Positions 1 to 11,548 of a stretch of 64,000 bases of DNA are shown piece by piece. Each line of letters begins with the position of its first letter. The stretch's first letter is position 1. The notes beneath the pieces were generated by a model. The model was given only the letters and a program-made list of their open reading frames with translations, was not told the origin of the DNA and did no database searches. The stretch is from Candidatus Latescibacterota bacterium (lineage in GTDB: Bacteria > Latescibacterota > UBA2968 > UBA8231): contig OZ242318.1 in the NCBI GenBank assembly GCA_965208105.1, forward strand, positions 1,376,001 to 1,440,000, in the 5' to 3' direction. The translations under genes and the position numbers were made by a program.

Positions 1-497
1 TGGTCCGACGCTTTCCCCATGCACAATGCGACGAGGTCGCGCGCACGGTGCTCATCCGTCCTCCAGACAACCCGGCACCGGAAGCAAAGGGCCTGATCGC
101 CGTGGTCACGGCGGGGACATCCGACCTGCCGGTAGCGCAGGAGGCGGTAGTTACCGCCCGTGCGATGGGTGCCAAGGTGGAGACCATCTTCGACGTGGGT
201 ATCGCCGGACTCCACCGCCTCCTCGCCCACCGCGACCAGTTGAGGTCCGCCCGCGTCATCGTTGTGGTAGCAGGCATGGAAGGCGCCCTGCCCAGCGTGG
301 TCGGGGGACTCGTGGACAAGCCCGTCATCGCCGTGCCCACCAGCGTGGGTTATGGCGCCCATCTCAACGGCATCGCCGCCCTGCTCGCCATGCTCAACTC
401 CTGCGCCTCCGGGGTGACGGTGGTGAATATCGACAATGGCTTCGGAGCCGGATATTCAGCCGCTCTCGTCAACGCTCTCCCGGAAAGCAGGGAATAG
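1..497 (+). CDS. larB: Nickel pincer cofactor biosynthesis protein LarB (PurE/AIR carboxylase-like), 5' truncated by the window edge
   Basis: Motifs [63 protein letters not shown]. The frame is open from position 3. Confidence 0.92.
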   Translation, partial: VRRFPHAQCDEVARTVLIRPPDNPAPEAKGLIAVVTAGTSDLPVAQEAVVTARAMGAKVETIFDVGIAGLHRLLAHRDQLRSARVIVVVAGMEGALPSVVGGLVDKPVIAVPTSVGYGAHLNGIAALLAMLNSCASGVTVVNIDNGFGAGYSAALVNALPESRE

Positions 498-506
498 GAG
501 GCGACC

Positions 507-1115
507 TTGCAGGTCTCCACGGCAATCCTGGCGGGGGGCCTGAGCCGCCGCATGGGCCGTGAGAAGGCCTTCCTCGAGCTCGGTGCCTCCACCCTGATCG
601 AGCGCGTGATCGCCGCCGCCGCTCCCCTGACCTCGGACTGGATGGTGATCGCCCCGGGTACCGATACCTTCACCCGTCTCAACCTCCCCATCCACCCTGA
701 TCTGCGCCCCAATCTCGGCCCTCTCGGCGGACTTCATACCGCCCTCAAACGGGCTGCCCATCCCCTGGTTCTGCTTCTGGCCTGCGACCTGCCCTTTCTG
801 ACGGCGGATTTCCTGCGCTTCATGGTGGATCACCTCGGTTCTCACCAGGCACTCGTTCCCAGAAACGCCAACGGCCTCCAGCCCTTGTGCGCCCTCTACA
901 CCCGCTCCTGCCTTCCCGCCGTCGAAGCGGCCATCCAGCGCCGGGAACTCCACATGCCGTCATTCCACCCCGACGTGGACCTCCGCATCCTGGAGCCGGG
1001 CGAATGGCGGCCTTTCGATTTCCACCAGCTCCTCTTCACCAACATCAATACTCCGGCGCAGTACCGGCGCGCCCGTCAATTGGTGGAGCAGGAGCTCGAT
1101 GAGGACCGGGGGTAG
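507..1115 (+). CDS. mobA: Molybdenum cofactor guanylyltransferase MobA family
   Basis: ILAGGLSRRMGREKA, GPLGGL, LACDLPF, QPLCALY, NINTP motifs. AGGAGG RBS precedes the TTG start. Confidence 0.9.
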   Translation: MQVSTAILAGGLSRRMGREKAFLELGASTLIERVIAAAAPLTSDWMVIAPGTDTFTRLNLPIHPDLRPNLGPLGGLHTALKRAAHPLVLLLACDLPFLTADFLRFMVDHLGSHQALVPRNANGLQPLCALYTRSCLPAVEAAIQRRELHMPSFHPDVDLRILEPGEWRPFDFHQLLFTNINTPAQYRRARQLVEQELDEDRG

Positions 1116-1157
1116 GAGCCTTTGTTCCCGGCCCCCGCTGGAATGGTGGGAAAGCAG

Positions 1158-1322
1158 CTAGGAGCTGGGCGCGCAATCGGCGTAGGAACGAGGGCGGCTG
1201 GCGCCAGGCTCGCAAGGCGCCTGAGCGAGTCGCAGCGGTGGTGTACGGCGAGTGAAGGCAACGCCGTGAGCGGGGATGGACCGGCGGAAGAATGGCGGCA
1301 TATCTCTGCGGAGGGACGCTAG
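1158..1322 (-). mobile_element. MITE-like repeat, copy A (~165 bp, bounded by CTAG at both ends)
   Basis: About 125 bp are highly similar to the reverse complement of 4363-4490. It starts at the CTAG containing the cyoE stop and ends at CTAG 1158-1161. Confidence 0.75.
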
Positions 1323-2182
1323 AACCCGGCGTCCAGCACGCTCAGGAGCAGCAGCAGGGGAAGATAGACCACGGAGACCTTCAGCAGGCGCTGGGCCTCG
1401 AGATTCGCCCTGGACAGGGCGAGGGCGATCCCGGCGGCAAGCATTCCCAGTCCCATGATCACCGCCCCCCACAGGTAGATCGGTCCCGACATCCCCAGGA
1501 AAGTCGGCAGGGTGGACACGAGAATCAGCAACAGGGAAAAGCCGATGATCTGACGGCATGTGCGCCGGCCATTGGCCTCGATCACGGGCAGCATCTTGAA
1601 GCCGCCGCGGCGGTAATCCTCCTTGAAAATCCAGGCAATCGCGAAGAAGTGCGGATGCTGCCAGGCGAAAAGGATCAGGAAGAGGACCCAGGCACCCGTC
1701 TCGAGTCCGCCGGTAGCGGCGCTCCAGCCTCCCATGGGGGGGAGAGCCCCGGGTATGGCCCCCAGGGAGGTGTTGAGCCACGTCATCCTCTTCATGGGGG
1801 TGTAGATCACGACGTACAGGAAGGCCGACAGCAGAGCCAGGAAAGCGGTGAGCAGATTGGTCTTCACGAGGAGGATAAAAACCCCGGCCAGCACCAGGCA
1901 CAGCCCATAGGACATGGCTCCGGAAGGCCTTATGAGGCCGGCGGGAAGCGGCCGGTGGCGGGTGCGCTCCATGAGGCGGTCCACGTCGCGCTCGAGAAAA
2001 TGGTTGAGCACGGACGCGCCTCCGGCGGCGCAGGCCGTCCCCAGCATCGTGTAAAACAACAGGGACCAGGAATGGATGCCCTCGCCACCCCAGAAGAACC
2101 CCAGGGCGGCGGTGCACAGCACAAGGGCCGTGATCCTGGGTTTGGTCAACTCCAGATATACAGACGGCGAGGTCAATTTCAC
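1319..2182 (-). CDS. cyoE: Protoheme IX farnesyltransferase (heme O synthase)
   Basis: [55 protein letters not shown]; multiple TM segments. Confidence 0.95.
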   Translation of the reverse strand: MKLTSPSVYLELTKPRITALVLCTAALGFFWGGEGIHSWSLLFYTMLGTACAAGGASVLNHFLERDVDRLMERTRHRPLPAGLIRPSGAMSYGLCLVLAGVFILLVKTNLLTAFLALLSAFLYVVIYTPMKRMTWLNTSLGAIPGALPPMGGWSAATGGLETGAWVLFLILFAWQHPHFFAIAWIFKEDYRRGGFKMLPVIEANGRRTCRQIIGFSLLLILVSTLPTFLGMSGPIYLWGAVIMGLGMLAAGIALALSRANLEAQRLLKVSVVYLPLLLLLSVLDAGF

Positions 2183-2286
2183 TCCATCAGCCAGACGGCA
2201 GGCGATTGTCTATTTCCGCTGAGAAGATAGGGGAGGATACCCCGAATGTCCACTATTGGCGCGGTCATTCCCCTGGATGGAATTGT

Positions 2287-4530
<2,244 letters not shown>

Positions 4531-4577
4531 TCGGTTACTACTCCAGGCAGGGTGGATGCGGAAGAGTCGGGTAAACT

Positions 4578-4886
4578 CTACTCCGACAATTTTTCTTCGA
4601 TCGCGCTTTTCCCTTCTTCCAGGGCGTCCCCTCCGTACTTCCTGACCTGCTCTCCGGCCTTCCTCAACAATTCCGCACCCTGCTCGCGCAACAAATCCGC
4701 CTTGGCGCGCCATTCCTCCTCCGCCGCCCTGTTTGTAAAGTAAAGCCCGACGAGAAAAAGAAGACCCAGCCAGAAGGCCAGACGCAACAGTTTCCTGATT
4801 ATGCTGCCCAGGATGAGCCCCACCAGGAGGGCAAGCCCCAGGGCGATGAGAGGATGAGCCTGGAAGTATGCAATCAGGGGATCCAT
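4578..4886 (-). CDS. Small hypothetical membrane protein (2 TM plus amphipathic/coiled tail)
   Basis: 102-aa ORF 3 nt downstream of the enolase-family gene, with two hydrophobic segments and a GGAG RBS. Confidence 0.75.
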   Translation of the reverse strand: MDPLIAYFQAHPLIALGLALLVGLILGSIIRKLLRLAFWLGLLFLVGLYFTNRAAEEEWRAKADLLREQGAELLRKAGEQVRKYGGDALEEGKSAIEEKLSE

Positions 4887-4889
4887 AAG

Positions 4890-6329
4890 CTACTCCAGAG
4901 AGGAGAACTCCCATTCCTCCAGCGGCACCATGGAATCCAGGTCGGGAGCCACTCCCACCCCCAGACCGGGCATTTGCAGGGACCCCAACTCGATTCGGCC
5001 GCGCCTGATGTCCAGGACCAGGGAATCTCCCCGCTGGCGGTACAGCCCTTCGTGCCGGAGCCGGCAGCCCCGGCGTTCGGAAGAGGAGAGGTGATCCAGT
5101 CCGCGCACGTAGTGATGCCCGTTGCGCTCGGCGTGGGGGATACCAAGGGCTGCCAGATGAACGAGATCCTGATGCAGGGCCACGATGGGCAGATTCATCA
5201 GGTCTTCACCGGTGAGAAAGTAGCCCCCCCCAAAATGCCGTGCCAGGGCCTGGTTTGTCAGGGCCTTGAGCACCCCCTTGCAGTTCTTGGATGAAACCCC
5301 CAGATATCCCAAGCCGACGGCCGCCTTGAACACCCCCAGATCTTCGTCGGACTCGTCGATCACCATGGGCTTGCGCGCTGATGCCGAGCGAATCCCCGCT
5401 TCCAGGGCCGGGTCCAGGGCGGCGGCGCGGTCCAGGGGCTGCTCGATGTAGATGATGCTGGAGTAGAAGCGATCCAGGACCCGGTCCTCCTGCATGCGCC
5501 CCATCAACTCCAGGAAAGTCTCCATTTCCCTGTACTGTTCGTTGCCGTCCAGGGACACGTGATACGGCACCTCGGTCCTGTCCAGCAGTTCGGCTATGCG
5601 GCGCAACCGCTCCAGGTCTCCTTCGAGATCACCATTGACCTTGATCTTGAAATAGGAGATCCCCTGTTCATCGATGTACTCCTCCAGCGACTGGGGCAAG
5701 CCATCGTCCAGGCGCTCCTCCCGGGAGATATCCCCGGTCCGGATCGGGTCGGCCAATCCCACCGTGTGGCGCACGTAGATGCGCCCCAGCGGGTCAGGGG
5801 CAATCACGTCGATGGGCATCACCCCATCCAATTCCGGATGGATCAGGGAGAAATCGACCCCCAGCGTATTTTCCCTGAGCATTTCGTGGTAGGTCTCCCC
5901 CAGCGTCCGACCCACCCCGTCGATGAGGGCCCTTTCCATCAGGGAGCTGCCATGGGCGGAGGTCAGGTGGTTCAAGTGCTGCGCTTCGCCGGCGGCCAGG
6001 GAATCGGCATATCCCCGGCGCCAGATTGCGAATACACTCTTCGACCTCTTTCCCGCTTCTCCGTAGGCGGCCGCCGCGGCGCGGGCGCCCCAGATCAGGT
6101 CCCCCACGTTGCGCTCGTAGTCCTTGGCCGGATCCTTGTCGAACCATTTCGGGGGAAGAATGTCGGCCGCCATGCCCCTGGTCAGGGTCCCGTCATCGAG
6201 CTCCACATCCATCAGGGTATGGAGTATGGGGACGGAGGTAAGGGTGGCCTGCCCGTACTTGAACGGCATGCGGGTGCGCACATTGCGCATGTAGAACCGC
6301 ACGTCCTTGACACTGACTTTAATCGCCAT
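4890..6329 (-). CDS. Enolase/mandelate racemase superfamily protein (probable dehydratase)
   Basis: TRMPFKYG, YFKIKV (KxK), SLDGNEQY, YIEQPL, IDESD, SKNCKG, HAERNGHHY. Likely start MAIKVSVK at 6329; the longer ORF to 6587 runs into a repeat element. Confidence 0.8.
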   Translation of the reverse strand: MAIKVSVKDVRFYMRNVRTRMPFKYGQATLTSVPILHTLMDVELDDGTLTRGMAADILPPKWFDKDPAKDYERNVGDLIWGARAAAAAYGEAGKRSKSVFAIWRRGYADSLAAGEAQHLNHLTSAHGSSLMERALIDGVGRTLGETYHEMLRENTLGVDFSLIHPELDGVMPIDVIAPDPLGRIYVRHTVGLADPIRTGDISREERLDDGLPQSLEEYIDEQGISYFKIKVNGDLEGDLERLRRIAELLDRTEVPYHVSLDGNEQYREMETFLELMGRMQEDRVLDRFYSSIIYIEQPLDRAAALDPALEAGIRSASARKPMVIDESDEDLGVFKAAVGLGYLGVSSKNCKGVLKALTNQALARHFGGGYFLTGEDLMNLPIVALHQDLVHLAALGIPHAERNGHHYVRGLDHLSSSERRGCRLRHEGLYRQRGDSLVLDIRRGRIELGSLQMPGLGVGVAPDLDSMVPLEEWEFSSLE

Positions 6330-6481
6330 GGCTCGACCCTTCTCCCTGAAATGGAACCTCCCCCGGACCAGATGGAGCAACCGCCGGTCCGGACCTTTCC
6401 CCCTGCGCCAAGGGAAGGGCCCCGCTATTCGCGCGACCCCGAAGCACTCCTCTCGCCATCCACCCGACCTGGCCTCGGGTC

Positions 6482-6647
6482 CAGCAGGCCGTTGATAAAG
6501 TTGCTCTGCAGGCGAGGCCGAGTCATGGCGGTCGAAGGCAAGGCGTGCGACCGAGGCGAATCGAGGGGATTCGGGGAGGGAGCGCAACGCCGTATTCGAA
6601 CGACGGGGCCGGCCGCAGCCCGGATGGACTTTTTCAACGGGCTGCTA
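6482..6647 (-). mobile_element. MITE-like element C (~166 bp) with ~19-bp TIRs (IS1182/IS5-like ends)
   Basis: TIRs AGCAGGCCGTTGATAAAGT and ACTTTTTCAACGGGCTGCT. Includes the argH TAG stop. Shares the core GCAAGGCG-N38-GCAACGCCGT with copies A and B. Confidence 0.72.
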
Positions 6648-8042
6648 TGTTTCCCCTGCTTTCTTCGCGAGCGCGGAGCGCGCTTTCTCCAACTGGTCGC
6701 GAACGGCCTCTGGTCCGGTGCCCCCTTCAATGTTGCGCAGTTCCAGGCTCAAATCGGCCCCCAGGAGTTCCAGCGCCTCCGTTTCGAATACATCGGAGTG
6801 CAGGCGCAGCTCTTCCAGTCCCAGATCGGCCAGGCTGCGGTTAGATTCCGAGGCCTGGCGCACCATTCCGCCGACGATGCGGTGGGCATCCCTGAAGGGA
6901 GTCCCCTTCCTTACCAGGTAGTCCGCCAGGTCCGTCGCCAGGGCATTTGCGCCCAGGGCCCGCGCCATGCGCTCGGGGTGGAGTTCCATGGATTCCCATA
7001 CCGCGGAGAATACATCGAGGCACACCGCCGCGGTCTCGAGGGCATCGAAGCAGGGCTCTTTGTCCTCCTGCATATCCTTGGCATAGGTGAGCGGAAGTCC
7101 TTTCATCGTCGTCAGCAAGGCGATCAAGTCTCCGTACACGCGCCCGGTCTTGCCGCGCACGAGTTCGAGGGAATCGGGATTCTTCTTCTGCGGCATCATG
7201 CTCGAACCGGTGGAGAAAGCATCGGCCAGTTCGACAAAGCCGAACTCCGCCGACGACCAGATGATCAAATCCTCGCAGAACCGGCTCAGGTGCATCATCA
7301 ATATGGAGAGAGCGGCCAGGCATTCGACCAGGAAATCGCGGTCGCTGACCGCATCCAGACTGTTGGGGGACACCCGGCTGAAGCCCAGCTCCCGGGCCAT
7401 GAAGCCGCGGTCCAGGGGAAATGCACTGCCGGCCAGGGCTCCCGCTCCCAGAGGCATCAGGTCGGCCCTCTTCCAGGTATCCCGGAGACGCCCGTCGTCG
7501 CGTTCCAGCATCCAGAACAGCGACAGGGCGTAGTGGCTCCACAAAATGGGCTGGGCCTGCTGCAAGTGGGTATATCCAGGCAGAACCACGTCCATGTGCG
7601 CCTCGGCCGCGGCCACCAGTACCTGCTGAAGGCGGCGCACCCGCAGCCGCACCGCCGCGATCGCCTCGCGCAGGTAGAGGCGCTCGTCCACGTTGACCTG
7701 ATCGTTGCGACTGCGTCCCGTGTGCAGCTTTCCTCCGAGCGGACCGACGAGCTCCACCAGCCGGCTCTCGACTGCCATGTGGATATCCTCGATCCCGGGA
7801 TCGAAACCACCCTCGCCGGCGGCCATCTCTTCCCGCACCTTGTTCAGCCCCTCCACCAGGCGCAGTTCCTCCTCAGGGTCGAGGACGCCGGCTCGATGCA
7901 AGGCCCGGGCGTAGACTATACTGGCCTCGATGTCCACCTCCAGCAGCTTGCAGTCGAACCCGATGGAAGCGTTGAAACGCTGCATCAACTCATCCGTGGC
8001 AGCGCCGAACCGCCCTCCCCATGCCGATTTGTTGATGATCAG
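6645..8042 (-). CDS. argH: Argininosuccinate lyase (probable CTG/ATC start)
   Basis: EDIHM, HTGRSRNDQV, PGYTHLQQAQP, GSSMMPQKKNPD. The N-terminal WGGRF motif lies upstream of the first canonical start (7988). Confidence 0.95.
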   Translation of the reverse strand: MIINKSAWGGRFGAATDELMQRFNASIGFDCKLLEVDIEASIVYARALHRAGVLDPEEELRLVEGLNKVREEMAAGEGGFDPGIEDIHMAVESRLVELVGPLGGKLHTGRSRNDQVNVDERLYLREAIAAVRLRVRRLQQVLVAAAEAHMDVVLPGYTHLQQAQPILWSHYALSLFWMLERDDGRLRDTWKRADLMPLGAGALAGSAFPLDRGFMARELGFSRVSPNSLDAVSDRDFLVECLAALSILMMHLSRFCEDLIIWSSAEFGFVELADAFSTGSSMMPQKKNPDSLELVRGKTGRVYGDLIALLTTMKGLPLTYAKDMQEDKEPCFDALETAAVCLDVFSAVWESMELHPERMARALGANALATDLADYLVRKGTPFRDAHRIVGGMVRQASESNRSLADLGLEELRLHSDVFETEALELLGADLSLELRNIEGGTGPEAVRDQLEKARSALAKKAGET

Positions 8043-9238
8043 TCCACCCCCTGCCGTAAAATCTCTTCAAAGGCGTCCATCACCTCGTCAATGAGACCCC
8101 TGTCCACCACCAGCGGCGGCAGAAACCGCACCACGTCCGGTCCCGCCGTCGCCACCAGAATGCCGCGCTGGCGGAAGGCGGTCAGATAATCCGCTGCCGG
8201 ACGATCAGTCACAGCCCCGCCGATCAGGCCTCGGCCGCGTATCTCGATTATGCGGTCGGGCCAATTTCCCATGATCTCCTGCAGGCGCCCCATCAGGTGC
8301 TCTCCCTTTTCCCTCACTCCCTCGACAAAACCCTCCGCTGTCAGCTTCGAGAAAACGGCCAGAGCCGCGGCGCAGGACACCGGGTTGGCACCGAAGGTCG
8401 CGGCGTGGTCGCCGGCCTCGATGGCATCGGCCACCTGCTGCCGCAGAAGGGCCACACCAATGGGCAGCCCGCCTCCCAGCGCCTTGGCCAGGGTCATTAT
8501 GTCGGGTTCGATCCCGTACTGCTCGTGCGCCCACAGGGAGCCCGTGCGACCCAGCCCCACCTGAATCTCGTCCAAAACCAGCAGCATCTCGCGCTCGTCG
8601 CACAGTGCCCTCAGCCCCTGCATGAACTCCCCGCTGCCCACGTGGATTCCCCCTTCGGCCTGCAGAGGCTCGACCAGAATGGCGCAGGTATCGTCGTTCA
8701 CCTTCCTTTTCACCGAGTCCAGGTCGTTGAAATCCGCAAAGTCGACCCCCGGCAGCATGGGTTCGAATCCCTTGTGGTATTTGGGCTGTCCGGTGGTGGA
8801 TATGGACCCGTAGGTGCGCCCGTGGAAGGAGTTGATCATCGCGATGAACCGGTACTTGGGCTTGTCGAAACGGGAATGGCCCCACTTGCGGCAGAACTTC
8901 AGCGAGGCCTCCCATGCCTCGGTGCCGCTGTTGCAGAAGAATACGCGGTCCGCGAAGGAGTTCTCCACCAGTTGCCTGGCCAGAATCGTCGAAGGCAGAG
9001 TGTGGTACAGGTTGGAAACGTGGATCAACTTTCCGGACTGCTCCGCGATGGCGTTGAGGACATCCCGGTCTCCGTAGCCCAGGGCATTCACCGCGAGTCC
9101 GCTGACGAAATCGAGATAGCGGTTGCCCTCGGTGTCGAAGAGGTAGACCCCATCCCCCCTCTCCAGGGCGAAGGCGGGCCGTCCGTAGGTCTGCAGGATG
9201 TACTGGCCCTCCCAGGATATGATTTCTTCTGTCTTCAT
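8039..9238 (-). CDS. argD: Acetylornithine aminotransferase (class III PLP)
   Basis: NSGTEA, SFHGRT, EPLQAEGG, DEIQVGLGRTG, TLAKALGGG. GGAGG RBS before ATG 9238. Confidence 0.93.
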   Translation of the reverse strand: MKTEEIISWEGQYILQTYGRPAFALERGDGVYLFDTEGNRYLDFVSGLAVNALGYGDRDVLNAIAEQSGKLIHVSNLYHTLPSTILARQLVENSFADRVFFCNSGTEAWEASLKFCRKWGHSRFDKPKYRFIAMINSFHGRTYGSISTTGQPKYHKGFEPMLPGVDFADFNDLDSVKRKVNDDTCAILVEPLQAEGGIHVGSGEFMQGLRALCDEREMLLVLDEIQVGLGRTGSLWAHEQYGIEPDIMTLAKALGGGLPIGVALLRQQVADAIEAGDHAATFGANPVSCAAALAVFSKLTAEGFVEGVREKGEHLMGRLQEIMGNWPDRIIEIRGRGLIGGAVTDRPAADYLTAFRQRGILVATAGPDVVRFLPPLVVDRGLIDEVMDAFEEILRQGVD

Positions 9239-9251
9239 CTCTTCCTCCCTC

Positions 9252-10133
9252 TCATTGGACGATCTGGGTTCCAATCCCCTCGTCGGTGAAGAACTCCAAC
9301 AGCATGGAGTGCGGTATCCTCCCGTCGACGATGTGGGTCTTGCGCACGCCGGCTCTCACCGACTTGACACAGGCATTTACCTTGGGGATCATGCCGCCTC
9401 CTACAATCCCCGCCCTGGCGAGATCCTCCACCTCCTTCACGTGGACCGAGGAAAGCAAGGTGGCCTCGTCGGCGGGGTCCTTCAATATTCCCTTTACATC
9501 GGTCAGAAAAACAAGTTTTTCAGCCTGAAGTGCCGCGGCGATCTCGCCGGCGGCAGTGTCGGCGTTGACATTGTAGCTCTCCCCTTCCGCACCGCGGCCG
9601 ATGGGAGCTACCACCGGAATCATACCCCTTCCTATCAAATCGAGGAGCGGGGAAGGGTCGATGCGCTCCACCTCGCCCACGTACCCGAGGTCCACCGTCC
9701 CCTCCTCCGTATGGGCAAGGTGCTTGCGGACGTGCATGACCCCTGATTCCTTGGCCGAAACCCCCACCGTTTTACCCCCCAGCTCGTGGATGGCCGCCGC
9801 GATTCCGGCGTTCACCTCGCCGACCAGGACCTCCTCCACCACCTTCATCGTGTCCCTGTCGGTTACCCGCAGGCCGTTCACCCGCTGGCTCCCCATTCCA
9901 AGCTCTTCAAGGCGGCGGCTTATCGCCGGTCCGCCGCCGTGGACCATGACCGGCTTCATGCCGACGCTTTCCATGAATACGATGTCTTTCAGCACCGTGT
10001 CGGCCTGTCCCTGCGCGCTCATCGTGCTGCCTCCGTACTTCACCACCACGACCTTGTCCCGAAACGACTGGATGTAGGGCAGGGCCTCGATGAGGGCCGC
10101 GGCCTTGTCGATGTATTCCTGCAGAGCTTGCAT
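9252..10133 (-). CDS. argB: Acetylglutamate kinase
   Basis: EALPYI, VVKYGGS, VHGGGP, GLRVTD, YNVNADT, GGMIPKV, GIGT. Confidence 0.97.
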   Translation of the reverse strand: MQALQEYIDKAAALIEALPYIQSFRDKVVVVKYGGSTMSAQGQADTVLKDIVFMESVGMKPVMVHGGGPAISRRLEELGMGSQRVNGLRVTDRDTMKVVEEVLVGEVNAGIAAAIHELGGKTVGVSAKESGVMHVRKHLAHTEEGTVDLGYVGEVERIDPSPLLDLIGRGMIPVVAPIGRGAEGESYNVNADTAAGEIAAALQAEKLVFLTDVKGILKDPADEATLLSSVHVKEVEDLARAGIVGGGMIPKVNACVKSVRAGVRKTHIVDGRIPHSMLLEFFTDEGIGTQIVQ

Positions 10134-10139
10134 AAATTC

Positions 10140-10607
10140 TCAAGAGGCCTCTCCGCGGACCGCGGCAATGCGCTCTACCACGCCGGCGGCCTCGGAACCG
10201 GTCGCCGAGGCGATGAAAATAGTATTCTCTCCGGCGATGGTCCCCGCGATCTCGGACCATCCGATCCGGTCTATTGCCTCGCAAACACTCTGGGCATGGC
10301 CGGAGATCGTGCGGACGACGACCAGGTTCCCGGCCTGCTTCGCTTCCACGAGGTAATCTCTCAATTCGCGCTCGAGGATCTGCCGGTCCCGGGGAGTGAC
10401 CACGGTCTCCGGCAGGGTGTAGCGAAATCCCCCGTCGGGACGGGGAGCCCGTACCACCCCCAACTCGCGCAGATCCTTCGAGAGGGTCGACTGGCTTACG
10501 TCGACATCCTGCTCCTGCAGAGCCGCTGCCAGACCTTCATGGGTTTCGAGAGTTCTGTTTTGAAGCAGTTCCCTGATCTTCGCCTGGCGGACTTGTTTGC
10601 TGCCCAT
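10140..10607 (-). CDS. argR: Arginine repressor
   Basis: SQSTLSKDLRELG HTH; GTIAGENTIFI arginine-binding domain. Confidence 0.95.
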   Translation of the reverse strand: MGSKQVRQAKIRELLQNRTLETHEGLAAALQEQDVDVSQSTLSKDLRELGVVRAPRPDGGFRYTLPETVVTPRDRQILERELRDYLVEAKQAGNLVVVRTISGHAQSVCEAIDRIGWSEIAGTIAGENTIFIASATGSEAAGVVERIAAVRGEAS

Positions 10608-10608
10608 C

Positions 10609-10646
10609 TATGAATATAAATTCTTTTTATTGAATAATTATTGAAA
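10609..10646. promoter_or_regulatory. Tandem ARG boxes (ArgR operator)
   Basis: TATGAATATAAATTCTTT (10609-10626) and ATTGAATAATTATTGAAA (10629-10646), 2 nt apart. Both match TGAAT-W4-ATTCA. AT-rich island directly before argR. Confidence 0.85.
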
Positions 10647-10673
10647 TATACCGCGCGGGGAAACTGCTGTCAA
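10645..10673 (-). promoter_or_regulatory. Sigma70 promoter of the argR-argB-argD-argH operon
   Basis: Minus-strand TTGACA-N17-TATATT, abutting the ARG boxes. Confidence 0.8.
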
Positions 10674-10705
10674 GAGTTTATTCGGAGTTGGCTTGCCCTG
10701 GGACC

Positions 10706-11524
10706 TCAAACCCTTTCTTCTTCGGCGGCCGCCACCCTGCTGCCCCTGCCCGAGGCCGTCAGCTCGGCCAGGCGCCGCTTCAATTCCGCCGGGCTCAACC
10801 CCTCGGTCAACACCCCTCCGATGGCAAGGGATATGGCTCTGTTTTCCTCCGAAACCACGACCGTCACCGCATCGGATTCCCGGGAGAGGCCCAGCGCAGC
10901 CCGGTGCCGCATCCCCAGGCGCTTCTCGCCCACCTCCTCGGCCAGGGGCAGCGTACATCGCGCCGCGACAAGGGTTTCCCCGTCGATGACGACGGCCTGG
11001 TCGTGGAGTGGTGACCTAGACGTGAAGATGGTTGTGAGGAGATCCGCCGAGACCCGCGCGTTGAGCGCAACACCGGAGTCGACGATGGTTCTCAATCCCA
11101 CCTCGCGGGTCAGAACGATCAGGGCTCCGTAGCCCAGGCGGGCCAGTTGCTCCGCGCTGGAGGCCACTTCGTCGAAAACGCGGGTCTCCTCGATCTTGTA
11201 GAACCAGCGGAACAATCGGCCCTGTCCGAGGACGCCGAGCACCCGGCGCAACTCGGGCTGAAACAGGATTACCAGGAGAATGAGGAGAATGGAAAGCACC
11301 TGCTCCATCAGCCACATCACCGCTTCCATTTTCAGCAGCGGCGCCACCATCGCCACGGTCACCACGAGGAAGAGCCCCGCCACTATCTGTGCCGCGGGCG
11401 TACCGCGAATCAACCCCAGGACGCGATAGAAGATAAATGCGACGATAAGAATATCGAATACGGAAATTATGGAAACCGGAATGAAGCCGAAGATGTGGAA
11501 CAGGGTGAGTTTGTCCTCGATCAC
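10706..11524 (-). CDS. cdaA: Diadenylate cyclase CdaA/DacA
   Basis: Three TM segments, FQPELRR, GALIV, SPLHDQAVVI (DGA variant), GMRHRAALGLS, VSEE. Confidence 0.9.
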   Translation of the reverse strand: MIEDKLTLFHIFGFIPVSIISVFDILIVAFIFYRVLGLIRGTPAAQIVAGLFLVVTVAMVAPLLKMEAVMWLMEQVLSILLILLVILFQPELRRVLGVLGQGRLFRWFYKIEETRVFDEVASSAEQLARLGYGALIVLTREVGLRTIVDSGVALNARVSADLLTTIFTSRSPLHDQAVVIDGETLVAARCTLPLAEEVGEKRLGMRHRAALGLSRESDAVTVVVSEENRAISLAIGGVLTEGLSPAELKRRLAELTASGRGSRVAAAEEERV

Positions 11525-11548
11525 GTCTCTAAGGATCCTTGCAATGTA

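Noticed and set aside
1076-1322. Short similar ORFs (MPSLAVHHR...) here and at 4424-4645
   Set aside because: They are translations of the repeat element and diverge outside it, so they are unlikely to be genes.
5559-8189. 876-aa plus-strand ORF
   Set aside because: Antisense to the enolase-family gene and argH; expected in high-GC DNA.
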